Below are positions 1 to 12,559 of a DNA stretch of 64,000 bases, one piece after another. Under the pieces are notes generated by a model that saw only the letters and a program-made list of their open reading frames with translations, was not told the DNA's origin and searched no databases. This DNA comes from Octopus bimaculoides. Its lineage: Eukaryota. The DNA lies in contig NC_068982.1 of assembly GCF_001194135.2 (NCBI RefSeq), forward strand, positions 133,949,761-134,013,760, in the 5' to 3' direction. Position 1 is the stretch's first letter; each line of letters starts with the position of its first letter. The position numbers and the translations under genes are program-made.

Positions 1-1007
1 TTTATAATTAAGAGATCAAGAAAAGGGAGATGATGTTTGCTGAATTCCATAGTGAATTGAATGTTGGGATGTATGTTATTAAGTATGGATTTGAATTCTA
101 GAAGTTTACATGAACTACTATTGAACTACAAAAGCTCAAAGACAATATAATGTATGGGTATATTTATTTTTTTATATATTATTGCTTTATATATTATTTT
201 CTTCATTTTGTACTTCTTTGTAAAAAAACATTTTCATTCTCCTTCTTCTTGATAATTTGCTTCTTCGCAATGAAAACCGGTTAGAAAAAATCTTTATTAA
301 AATATGCTTCCAGTTCAGCATTCTGGCTTTTTTTCATTTTCCTATATATATATATATATACATACATGCATACATTAAGTTTTATTTATATATATGTATT
401 TATATATAAATATGTATATGTACATATACATTTATACACACACACACACATGCATGCGTGTGCACACACACACACACATATACATATTGTTGTTCAGGGT
501 AGTAAAAAAAGACTTAGAACAATCACAGTCTAAGGCAAAATATCCAAAATATAAAGTAGAGTGGAAATGTTTATATTTTAAGAATGATGGCTGTTAAAGA
601 CTTGCTTTTCCTTCTCCTTAGAATTTCTCTGAGATATGAATTGTAAAGAAATGAAAACATGACAACTGCTAGGAGCCATCATCTTTATATTTACTTATAC
701 ACGTTAAGTGGGGTGGTTGATGGGGTCCTCAACTTTTGATAGAATCAAAGAGTTACTGTCATGATATATGGTGTGTCTTGGATGTTTCTGCTTTACCTTA
801 AACCTAGCAGAGCCCATCACTTTCTAGTTTTGAACACAGCTGATTTCTTCCAGAGATAAAGTGTGTAAAACAGAGAAGAAAATCAATCCCAGTATTTGAC
901 TCTTTGGTATGAAGACATCTTTCTTCCCACTTCTCTTCCACCAATCCCAGAGTCCTTAAAAAGGACACTACCCTTCCTCCTGACTAAGCTATAGCTTTAT
1001 ATATACA

Positions 1008-1415
1008 GATATCTGGCTCCCGTGCCAGTGGAATGTAAATAGCACCATTTGAGCATGATCGTTACCAGTGTTGCCTCTCTGGTACTTGTGTCAGTGGCAT
1101 GTGAAAAACAACATTTGAGTGAGGTCGTTGTCAGTACTGCTCGACTGGCTCCTGTACAGGTAGCATGTAAAGAACACCATTTGAACATGGCCAATGCCAG
1201 TTCCACCTGACTGGCCCTCGCGCCGGTGGCACGTAAAAGCACCCACTACACTCTCGGAGTGGTTGGCGTTAGGAAAGGCATCCAGCTGTAGAAACTCTGC
1301 CAGATTAGATTGGAGCCTGGTGCAGCCATCTGGTTCACCAGTCTTCGGTCAAATCGTCCAACCCATGCTAGCATGGAAAGCGGACATTAAATGATGATGA
1401 TGATGATGATGATGA
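1008..1415 (+). mobile_element. RTE LINE 3' UTR fragment
   Basis: Same 3' terminal sequence, four 66-bp subunits, (ATG)n tail at 1391-1415. Confidence 0.8.
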
Positions 1416-1542
1416 ATATACTTTATATATTGATCTGTCTAATTTGCTTACCCCTACATTCTCTTCTAAACCCGCTCAAGTTTAAACCTCTTGAGTACTA
1501 CTAATTGTATTCTATACAGAGATTACCTGATTCTCATCTATG

Positions 1543-1592
<50 letters not shown>

Positions 1593-4500
1593 ATATATAT
1601 GTATGTATGTATATATGGAAAATAATAAATGAAGAAAGCTTCTAACAATGCTTCAAGCAAACTACAATGCTCTTCTCTTCAATCAGGCTTGGATATTTTT
1701 AACCTGCACACACCATCCATTTCAGTCCTGTATTAGTTGAAGGAAGTACGGAGGTCTTTGGGGAGGCATCTAGTGTCTCTGCTGTGTTGGTCTACATATT
1801 TTGCATTTGGACAACTTGCTCAAGTATGGCCATGCTTTGACATCCATAGCAGTAGGAAACTTGCCAGTCTCTGATATCACATTGGCAATTTTGCCATTGA
1901 TGAATTGAAAGAAGTCCAGCTGTGGAAAGATCTGCCTCAACAAATTCCATCTGATGCATGAAAGTAAAGAACAGTGGACATTAAATGATGAACATGATAC
2001 ATATAAGATGGGTTTCTTTCAGTTTCCATCTATCAAATCCTTTCATAAGGCTTTGGCTGGCTCAGGACTGTAGTGAAAAACACTTGTCCAAACTGCTAAC
2101 CAGTAGGACTGAATCCAAAACTATGTGGATGGGAAGCAAACTTCTCAATCACACACTCACACCTAAGTTTATAGACACACACACACATACATAAAACATA
2201 ACAAGAATATGTTGAATTATGTAAAGTTATTTGGTACAGGAAAATGGCTGGTTTGGGCTGATCAGCTCAAAATATGACAGAGTTTCACCAAACATTTTTG
2301 AATGGATGTAATCAATAAAACGTTTCTACATATTTATAATGCATTATTGAATCAGTTAGGAAATCATCATTCTGATTTTATTATGTTTTTTCCCCCCATA
2401 CTAGCAAAAGATGAATAGACTTGTTGTGCAACATATAACTCATTCTTCATATTCCTGTTTCTGTGCATTATTATCTGAGGCCCAGTCTCCTAAAATATGA
2501 CTTCACCACATCTACTTATGTCTCCTTTCATTCTTTCCTGACATGTAAAGAGCCAATAAGGAAGGTCATCTGACCTCTTAGAAATTGGAATCAAATCTTC
2601 CTCAAATAACACTCTGCCATTTTGTTTTTTTAATAACACATTTAATACACTATGTCTCAATAGTGGCAGTCATGGCTGAACAGCTTATAGTAGTGTTTCC
2701 CAAAATAGGGTCCATGACAAAATTCTGGGGTTTGGTGAGATAAGGCATCTTTTAATAAGATATAGTGAAAATGTTCTATTGTACTTTTCCATGACATCAA
2801 ATACCTAACAGAAGAAACAATGGATATGTGTATATGTCAAATGAATGGAAGCTCTCTGACAATCCAAGGTCAAGTCTGAAATGCTTTTCTACACTGTGGA
2901 AATTAACCTGTTACAATCTCAACAGGTTGTTAAATTCACCTTAAGTATAATTATACGACACATTAAAGTCAATGCAAAAATTTACTCAGTCATTTGTGAA
3001 GATTTTAAAGACACAAGGTTTTGAGTCAGTAGTTATAAGAAATTGTTTTTTTTTTTTTAATATTTATAGGCTAAAATTTAATGTCAGGTTAGAAAAGAAC
3101 ATCCCATGCATAAGGAAAATTTAAGAATCAGGGAAGAAACAACAAAATATAATAATCAATCCAAATATGATAGTTTCCAACATTATACATAAAATTAGAA
3201 GCTATAAGCTGGGCCTTTGAAAGAAATTCAGTCAGATAGTGTAAGACTGCAGAGACATCCTTGCAGAATTCAAAGGATTGTGAAGTTGTTATTTAGAGCC
3301 TGGCAAACAGTCACAGTTCCTATCTTGGATCTCCAGACAACCCCACTTCACCCACTTATAGGTCCTAGCCACAAACCAATGAGGATGTTTTTACATGGTA
3401 ACTTAACTTACTAGAAATAGCAACAAAATTTACCTCAGATTATTTGCTACCATCTTTAAGATGTAAAGAATATATTAGATAATGTAGTCCAAGATAAACT
3501 ATGCCTGGAGAAAGATGTGATAGACTTGGTATTCCACCTTTGATCATAGATCTGCTCATTTAGGACTTAGTGTTAAACAACAACAACAAATGGGGGACAG
3601 AGAACAATTTGTAAAAGAGTAAGTCAAAAACATGGTATTTACTATTTTCAGAATAATCAAATTATGTATTTTTCAAGTGAACCAATTTTCTCCCTTGGAA
3701 ACAATTTTTGTTTCATTTAATTTCTTAAAATTAAGTTGGTAGGATTTGTTCATAAAATACAGGTATGAGTCCCATGATTTTTAGAAAATTGTATAAGGGT
3801 TCTGAAACCAAATAAGTTTGAGAGTCACTACCCCAAATCATAAATCTACCTGGTTGTAGCTAACCTAAAGCTGAATAACAGTTCAAATGAGTGCTTTCCA
3901 CTGTCGATAGATACCATCCAATCTTCCTCCATATTTCAACACCATCTCACATATACTTTTACCCCTTTTGATACCAACCCACCTGAGATCATCCCTGGTT
4001 CTCTAATACTGTTTGTTTTAAAGTGATCAAAATTAAAACCATCCGAGTTAATTTATGACCCAGACACCAGTTTTGTAACAACAAAGTTATTTTACAAAAT
4101 ACCTATTATTTTCAAAGTAAAGGCAGTATATTTCAGCAGAAATATGGCAACACAACGGTTAATGTCCAGCCACTTATTTTCTCTTTATCTTACTCTCACT
4201 CCACCGTCTGTGCAAGTTATCTCAGTGCACCCATGGAATTATGTCTGATTCATTTCTTAATGGTATTAGCTGAGTAAGTGAAATGTTAAATGGCTTTAGT
4301 TGGGAATTGAAACTAGTTCATAGATTCAGGATGCCCTTTATAACTGCTCAGCTCATAATCAATGAAGCTAATGCCACTCCTTGCCACAATTATAATTAAA
4401 TGCTAATATCTTCTCAATTAGTTTGAAATAGGGCTCACACATTCAAGATTTTGATTAACATCTAAGCATGTCAGTTAATGGCCAACTGTTTAACAGAAAG

Positions 4501-4802
4501 AAATGGTTTCTTAATTAGCATTAACATAGGAAAGTCGAAAGCCTATTCATGAAGTTTAAGCTTGCATATATGAAATATTGCTCAATAATGAATTAATAAG
4601 CCCTAATAGGGGAATATTTATTGATTGTTTCATGAGAGTTCATTGCGGTCAAGGCTGACTTTGTGAATAGAAGTGGTGTCATGTTGGAATTAATGTATTA
4701 CAAGAACACTGTTAAGTGTTCACAATGACTTTCGCTAAGTTACTTCTTTTTCCTCTTTCTCTCATGCTTACTCCTCTTTCCCCTTCAAACTTCATTATTA
4801 AT

Positions 4803-4803
4803 G

Positions 4804-4868
<65 letters not shown>

Positions 4869-4885
4869 AGCAGTAGCAGCAGCAG
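4803..4885. repeat. (CTA)n microsatellite, representative of dozens of (TA)n, (TG)n, (GA)n, (ATG)n and (TAA)n tracts across the window
   Basis: Direct reading; most large N gaps sit in or next to such tracts. Confidence 0.95.
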
Positions 4886-5237
4886 TGGACTGGTAGAATT
4901 ATTAGAATTCTGGAAAATATTTCTTGCTGTATTTGTTCCAGCTCTTTAAATCTTGAATTTAACTCTTGTCCAAGTCAATACAAAAAAGTAACAAAATAGT
5001 GAGTTAATCTCTCCCCTTAAAATAGCTCGTTTTGTGCATAAATCAGAAATAATAATAATTATCATTATTATTATTATTATTATTATCACTATTATTATTA
5101 TTATCATCATCATCATCATCATTAGGGCAGTGAGCTGGCAGAATCGTTAGCATGCTGGATGAAAGTTGTGAAAATGGCATCTTATCCAACTATAGTTCTC
5201 ATACTCGGTCATAATGTCTTACGTTTAAGATGATCCC

Positions 5238-5337
5238 CATACATTTCCCTGAGGAGAAGTTTACATTTTTAACATCGACGATTCCTATGGATCGCATAAA
5301 TTGTAATTCTTCGAAACATATGTCGGAATAAAGTATG
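5238..5337 (+). ncRNA. Type I hammerhead ribozyme motif (minimal Penelope-like)
   Basis: Core CTGAGGA 5249-5255; helix II GAAG/CTTC; GAAA 5313-5316; palindromic helix III ACATATGT; GTC cleavage triplet 5322-5324; helix I TTCC/GGAA plus distal CATAC/GTATG. Confidence 0.8.
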
Positions 5338-5779
5338 CAGTTATAACATGCGTTCACTCCATTCCTTAAATTTATATATACTCAAATACCCAAAATATCA
5401 AGGAGTTTCTGCCTCAAAAACAGGAATTACACCACAGTTATTTTGTGATCTTTGCTACCCTGGTTTCTATTAACCCATTTATTCTATCCGAATTATTATT
5501 AATTAGGATAAAATAAATACATATAATTAAACATATATATATATATATAGATATAGCTGGTTACCTTTCCAACTGCTGATCATACAATTGTGAAATAATT
5601 ATGTTGCACTACTCAGCCCAAGGGTAGAACAGATGTTTAGGTTTGTATTTGTGCATATTGAACTCATCTTTATGCGATCAATACATCAACACATTAACTT
5701 ATATTGAACTCCTGTTCACATGAACAATAGACCAGTACTTTATTTTATATTGAAATTCTGTTTGTGTGTGATCAATAGT

Positions 5780-5964
5780 TCAACACTTTATTTTTTTACT
5801 GGACGTTGTGTTCCTTTCATGGCATTCACTTCTTTTAATGAGACATAAGACAAACTTTTGCAGGAGCAAAACATAGTCAATTAATACGATATCATAAGTA
5901 TTACTGCTGCTCATTTTTATATAAACACTGAAGAGACAAAACCCAACTGTGACAAGATTTGAAT
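5780..5964 (-). CDS. Possible terminal coding exon
   Basis: Acceptor tttaattttgatttcag|AT, phase 1 matches the preceding donor (180-nt intron); reads DSNLVTVGFCLFSVYIKM...KKIKC*; minus-strand AATAAA about 35 nt after the stop. Confidence 0.4.
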
Positions 5965-6144
5965 CTGAAATCAAAATTAAAGAAATGAAAATATTCCAAT
6001 GCATTTTAACTAGTTCTTTATACTTTCTGCTGCCAACTTACCAAAAGAAATTAAAATAAAAAAAACACAACAAATCAAACAAGTGAATTAATAAATATAT
6101 CAAGCTATTGATATTTATGATGAAGAATTATTCCTTCCACTTAC

Positions 6145-6312
6145 CAATTCTTGAAAGTCTATGAGATACTTCTTCTTTTTCTGGTTCCTCTGTAGTGATG
6201 GAAAGTTTATCCTGAGAACCTTTCTTTTTATTTTCTTTACCTTTTTTCTTTGACTTTGGTGACTTTTGATCACTTGGTTTACGTTTCAGCCATGCCTTCT
6301 TTCTTAAACTTC
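6145..6312 (-). CDS. Internal coding exon of an unidentified minus-strand gene (Lys/Glu-rich low-complexity segment)
   Basis: Acceptor ttctttatttatataacag|GA at 6313/6312, donor ATTG|GTAAGT at 6145/6144; 168 nt, phase 1-1, open frame (G)SLRKKAWLKRKPSDQKSPKSKKKGKENKKKGSQDKLSITTEEPEKEEVSHRLSRI. Confidence 0.85.
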
Positions 6313-6390
6313 CTGTTATATAAATAAAGAAATGATTAATATCACTAATTAATGAAGGATGCAAGATAATGATTGATATTGTTTGATGAA

Positions 6391-6620
6391 CTATATTCAT
6401 AAGACCTTTGATACCTGATGTAAATTCAAACCTCATTGACTGTTACCTCATCTATATTCATTAGAATTTTGATGCCTTGCATAACCTTAAATCTCACTGA
6501 CTACTAAGTCATTTATACTCATTAGATCTTTGTTATTTCACTTAGGCTCAGATCTCACTGACTATCAAATCATCTATATTCAGTAAGCCTTTGATAGCTT
6601 ACATAGGCTCAGTGTTTCAG
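6391..6620. repeat. Degenerate 61-bp tandem repeat, about 3.7 units
   Basis: Units start at 6391, 6452, 6513 and 6574 (ctatattcat.ag..ctttgat...tctcactgact....tcat). Confidence 0.85.
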
Positions 6621-7339
6621 ATATATATGTAAAGGGGAAGTACAAAAGTATAAAGTTCATGCCTTTCCCAAAAGTTTTAACAAAGTGAAATAAATACAAC
6701 TGAGAATTGAAATCTGGTCATGGATTTGATCTTGGGAACTTGAGTTTTACTTTATAACACTCTCCAAATCAGAAGAGTTATTGAAAAGCAACACTGCCAT
6801 TTTTACCATTATTTGAAATAGTGGCATATTGAACACACTGAATTCTGAATTTGAAGAGTGAATGAAGAACTCTGTGAAGTTTGGTGGTGTTATTGTTGCT
6901 ATTCTTGGATGTGTTTATCTTGATCAGATTTGCTTGAACAGACCCCCAGGGACAGAAGTATTCAATCTAATATTGACCAGTGCTTCCATCCATTGTTGGA
7001 TCTGAACTCAGAATGAAACTAAATAATTTAAGATCTTTTTGTCAGGAGGGAGGGCAGTACCTATCACCTTTCATTTTGTCAGAGCTTCCAAGACTGATGA
7101 AGTAGCAGGTCAAAGACATCCATAAGTCAGAAATATGGCTCAAATGTTTTCAACAGAGTGGACTCCACTAAAGGCACCCAAGAGCCAAGTAGTGATGTTA
7201 AAATGCGTAGCAAAGTAAATCTATCATCCAAGAAGAGGCACAGCAGGATTTGAACTCAGACACCAGGGTCAAGAACAAATACCACAATGCTCTTAGGATT
7301 CCACCAATTAAACATCCAAGATTGTATATTATTGTATTT

Positions 7340-7775
7340 GACCCTAGAAGTATGGGAGACAAAATTTTTCTCAACAGTATTTGAAATCAAATCCACTACA
7401 ATTATATGGGATAGCACTCCCACTACACACACTGACATCCTGGCTTGCATCCAGAGAAGGGCCACTTGGCTGATTAATACTCCATCACTAATGGATACTC
7501 TCCAGCTTTTGGCCCACATGCATGCTGTTCTCTCTCTGTCTTTTCAAGCAATACTATAATGGCCTTTGCTTCTCAAAGCTGGCTGGTCTCATATCTCCAC
7601 CATTCAAGCATCTCCAACCTACTTATCATCCTTCATGCATCCCATACTATTCATTATGCTCAATCCTTCTTCCTTAGAACATTGGTCCTCTGGCATCTCC
7701 TCCCCATTCATATCATTCCTGCAGATGTTGACCTGCATTAACAGCATCAATCTCACCAGTCTCAGAAGGTCTGTA
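7340..7775 (+). mobile_element. CR1/Jockey-group LINE 3' remnant
   Basis: DILACIQRRATWLINTPSLMDTLQLLAH...HYAQSFFLRTLVLWHLLP. Confidence 0.6.
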
Positions 7776-10196
7776 AGGATCTTAGACTCTGTCCCTTTCT
7801 CCAAAGTCAGCAAGTATAAAAAAAAAAACAGAACTAATGCCAAAGCATTCCATCTGAAATCCTAATGGTTCCACAAACCTAATACTCTAGATTGGTACAT
7901 TATTTTACCGACACCAAAGGTGGGATTTGAACTGATACTGTAAAGAGCCATAATAAACGTAGTAAAACACTTTCAATCCTGCTAATTTACGGTCTATATT
8001 TAGCTCAGTGTTTTAATGTTTTTACAACTTCATGGCCTTTGTCTTCTAAAGCTGTTGGTTATATTGGCCAAGATCAGAATAAAATAACATTAGTCATTCA
8101 GTTAGTGTTTTCTTCTCATCACCACATAAGTATTTCTTAATTAATTAGTTTATTTTACCTTCACTACTCTAAGTATGATGTCATTAACTTGACAATTGTT
8201 TCATCATTTTTAATTAGTTCCAAGTCAACCTACATTGATCAAGCAAATCTGTAACCAAAGGCATTCTCTTTTGTCTAGCATTAAAACGCTATCACTAAGT
8301 CAACCTACACTGATCAAGCAGTTGTATAACCAAAGCCATTCCAACCAAATCTATCTTGTCTTTTGCTCAGATATAATTTACCCAAAACTACTTTACCAAA
8401 ATAAAAATTGCATCAACTCTTTTATAAGATTATTGGGTATAATTTGAGGGATATTTAGCTATTAGTTTTAGCATGGTGAGCAACTTGTGGTGAAGTTAAG
8501 TCTTTAGCTTGAAACTCCCAACAATGTCTTAGATTCTGTTCCACTGTGCAGCACCTTCATCAAGTGGTTTCTACTTTATCCCTACTCCCTTGTGAGTAGA
8601 TTCAGTAGATGGAAACTGAAAGAAGCCCACCACATATGTATGAGCGCGCGTGTGTGTGTGTGTGCTTCTGGTTGTGTATGGTTTATATGCATGTGTGTGT
8701 TTTATGCATGCATGTCTGGTCTTGGGAAATATTACCTGGCATGGAAACAAATGAGGTTTGGTGACATGAAAGGGTATCTGGCCATAAAAATTCCACCTAA
8801 TCAAATTCCATCTGACCCATGCAGCTATGTTAAATGATGATGATGATGATGATGATGACAATGATGATGATGATGATGATGAGGAGGAGGAGGAGGAGGA
8901 GGAGGTGGGANNNNNNNNNNGAAGAGGGGAGGAGAGGAGCTCCTCTTGCTGTAGTTCTGTGACAAAGGAAACCTATCAGTAATGGAGGAAATTTTTGCCC
9001 TAGATATAAACTAAATTGTGATTCCACAATTGAGAATACAATATTCGTTTGCCTGTGTCACTGTTACATGAATACTGGAGGGTCAAGTGTTTCTCTTCAA
9101 CTCCCTGACTCATAAGTGATGATACTTTCAAAATTTAATAACAATTGGTTATAACTACAACAGCTGGATGACCTTGGGGAGGTGGGAATAGAAGAAGGCT
9201 ACTCTCTTGAATGTCGTTGAGTAGGTAGGTAGGTAGGTAGGTAGATGGTAGCAGGGGAAGCCTGACCACAGGAAAGTTGTCACCCTCGGGTCATCTCTCT
9301 CTCTGTCTCTTCTGTCTGGCATTAAAACACTATCACTAACACCACCCTAATGATGATGAGCATACTACTGCTGTTGCTGTTGCTTCTGCCTCTTCTTCTC
9401 CCCTCCTCCTACTACTATTACTATTACTATTACTACTACTAATAACAACAACAACAACAAAAACAACAACAACAACAATAATAATAATAATAATAATAAT
9501 GATTTGTGTTATCATGTACATGTTTTGTCTTGGTATAAAAGATGGGCTACAGCAAATATTCTGCTTAACATCACAGATTTGCTTGTTAGTTGTTTGACCA
9601 TAACCAGTTGAGCATCTCCCTTAGTGGCTGATGATATGTGCATCTCTGATCATGAGCAGAAGTAGTGGGGGAGCATCATAGCCATGCATTGAGAGGAATT
9701 CTTTGGGATCTGAATAATTCACCTCTGGAAACAGGTGTTCCGTTCAACATCCTTAAACAAGCCTTATTCAGAGTTGGGGACAAGGGGATTACATTGACCT
9801 CAGTGCTTGACTGGTACTTTTACTTTATTGACCTCAAAAGGATGAAAGGCAAAGCTGACCTCAGCAGGATTTGCACACAGAATGTAAAGAGCAGACAGAA
9901 ATGCCACAATGCATTTTATCCAACATGCTTACGACCCTGACAGCACACCATCTAATATCATTTATAATTGCATCAGATTTTGGTATATGGCCAGCACTTC
10001 TAAGGGTAGAGGGTTAGTTGACTACATCAATTCATAGCACTTAACTGGTCCTTTATATTATGGATCCTGGAATGTTGAAAGGCAAAGGCGATGTTAATAG
10101 GATTTAAACTCAGGCTATAAAGGGTTACAACCAAATAAGGTAGGGACTTTTTTCTGAAGTTCTACTGATTTTTTTGTGCCCTCCACACAGCCGTAC

Positions 10197-10295
10197 CTGT
10201 TTTATCTGTGTCTTTTATTTCCTCTTCTTTTCCCTTTTCATTGACTTCTTTAGTTCCATTCTTCTCTGTCTGCTGATTTACTTCAGTGGAAGCAC
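10197..10295 (-). CDS. Internal coding exon of the same minus-strand gene
   Basis: Acceptor ttctttcttttcaattttcag|GT at 10296/10295, donor ACAG|GTACGG at 10197/10196; 99 nt, phase 1-1, (G)ASTEVNQQTEKNGTKEVNEKGKEEEIKDTDKT; frame-compatible with the 6145-6312 exon. Confidence 0.8.
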
Positions 10296-10803
10296 CTGAA
10301 AATTGAAAAGAAAGAATTTTAGTATAAAATCACAGAATAAACTCTGAAATTTATTAAAAAAAAAAGTAAATAAATAAAAAATAAGCAAATAAACACCAGG
10401 AAATAGACTTTGGCAATGATAACCACAAAAGTAATGATGCAGTGCAGCATCCATGACTTTCAGAAACATTTTTTTAATGCTTAGAATTGCCAAAGCGTGG
10501 GGGGAAAAATTACCTGTATCTGTTTTTAGCTGTCAGAACATGTATTCTTTAAAAATTCCATACTTACTGAAATTCACCAACACCATTCCTCATGTGCCTG
10601 TGTACCTTTTCCTCTTTATGGCTCTTTTACTGTTCACTTTTCTGTCTTTTTGTACTTTACCCTGTGTACTATGCAATGAACTTTTTGCTTATCATTGCTG
10701 TCTTACATTGATTAATTGCTGTTTTCTGTCTCATCTTTTACCTTTTCCCAATGAGTGATAGTGAATCTGAGAACTGTATACAATAAGCTCATCATCATCA
10801 TCA

Positions 10804-10850
<47 letters not shown>

Positions 10851-11344
10851 AGTCTATTCATCATTCCCCTGTGAAATCCTCTGATTTTATCTATTCTAGG
10901 TTTTTCTCTTTTCCTTCGTCAATCAACCCTTTCACATTGAATGAATTACTTCCTTCAATGAAGGTAGTATTAACAAGGGAATTTCTACATAATCATTTAA
11001 GCCTGTTTAGTGTAGCAGTGAAATCTCAATTCAATAATCTCTGATATCTTTAAAACAAGAACCACATGTTTGAAAATCTCAGAAATTAGGACATATTCAG
11101 AGATAAAGTTGGAATGGTGTTGATTAGAAAGGTTCTCAGATGTTTTGTTCCATTGGCTATACCATCAAGCAGTAATTCTGAACAGGATCATCATCATCAT
11201 CATCCTACCATTACACCCCCCCCCCCCCNNNNNNNNNNACCATCAAGCAGTAATTCTGAACAGGATCATCATCATCATCATCCTACCATTACACCCCCCC
11301 CCCGCCTCTGCCACCACCATTTATTACATAGGCACAAAGTCATG

Positions 11345-11665
11345 AATTTGAACATAATAAAAAACATTTGAGCGAGGTTGTTGCCAGTGCCGCTGGACTG
11401 GCTCCTGTGCAGGTGGCACGTAAAATACACCATTTTGAGTATGGCTGTTACCAGTACCACCTGACTGGCCCTCATACTGGTGGCACGTAAAAAGCACCCA
11501 CTACACTCTCTGAGTGGTTGGCGTTAGGAAGGGCATCCAGCTGTAGAAACTCTGTCAAATCAGATTGGAACCTGGTGTAGCCATCTGGTTCGCCAGTCCT
11601 CAGTCAAATCGTCCAACCCATACTAGCATGGAAGGCGGACATTAAACGATGACGATGATGATGAT
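11345..11665 (+). mobile_element. RTE LINE 3' UTR fragment
   Basis: Matches 1080-1415; (ATG)n tail. Confidence 0.8.
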
Positions 11666-12000
11666 AAACTGAAGGAGTATATCAAACTGATTTAACTCAA
11701 ACACATGAATATGTATGGCTTAGTGGTCAGGATGTTGGGCTCACAATCACAAGATTGTGGGTTCAGTTCTTGGATTGGGCAGTGTGTCCTGTCCCTGAGC
11801 AAGGCACTTCCTTTCATGTTACTCCAATACAGTCATTTGAAAATGAGCACCAGCCTAATGCTGGTGCAGCCCTCTTTCCCAGTAGTTGCCACATCTTGGA
11901 TGTGCAGCTGGATCAACTGATGGGAGAGTTGAAACAATGCCTATGTTTACTTATGACTACATAGGAATTTAAATCAATTAGCAAAAGTTTGGTATATATA

Positions 12001-12216
12001 CAGGATGGCCCAAAAGTAGGTTTACAGTTATTCAACTTTCTCTTTTGCTGCATTGATATGTTAACAGTTTAGATCTTAATTATGAAAAAAATATGAAACG
12101 ATTATTCTATGCTAATTTAGTTAATTGTAAGATAGAAATTTAAATGTAATTAAATGTTTTAAAAGAAATTTATAGTGCCAACATGATAACTGTAGACCTA
12201 CTTTTGGGCCACCATG
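12001..12216. mobile_element. Tc1/mariner-type MITE
   Basis: About 31-bp TIRs CAGGATGGCCCAAAAGTAGGTTTACAGTTAT / ATAACTGTAGACCTACTTTTGGGCCACCATG, TA on both flanks. Confidence 0.85.
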
Positions 12217-12559
12217 TATGCTATCAGGTCATACTTGTTAATAGATAACAGTTATGGTTTTGACATGACTACATGCTTTCTTGAGTCTGAAAGGAGGAAA
12301 TGAAAATATAAAAAACTGTCCATGGTACAATTTGATAAAATCAAATGTCACCAGGTATATTAACTAATATTTTCATTTCGTGTTTAAATACAAGGTCTTT
12401 GATTTATAGGGTACAAGAGAAATGGGACTACAGGATCCGTGTGCTCTAATAGATCAATATTTTTTTGTGGTTAGACTCAATACAACATTTTAAGGGGGCA
12501 GAGTACATTGAACCAAATCGAGACCCGTGTGTGTGTGTGTGTGTGTGTGTACACATTAA

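Noticed and set aside
2691-3830. Possible hAT-type non-autonomous element (tagtgtttcccaaa / tttgagagtcacta ends)
   Set aside because: TIRs are weak and there is no matching 8-bp TSD.
6391-6620. CRISPR-like regular spacing (also the 66-bp RTE units)
   Set aside because: Whole units are homologous with no unique spacers, the context is eukaryotic and there are no cas genes.
8221-8350. 76-bp local tandem duplication
   Set aside because: Appears to be duplicated SINE-tail debris with no further structure.
10567-10775. Purine-rich minus-strand segment ending in a GTAAGT donor
   Set aside because: Stops in all three frames.
11158-11303. Identical ~65-bp duplication on both sides of a 10-N gap
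   Set aside because: Typical unmerged contig overlap next to a poly-C run; assembly artefact.
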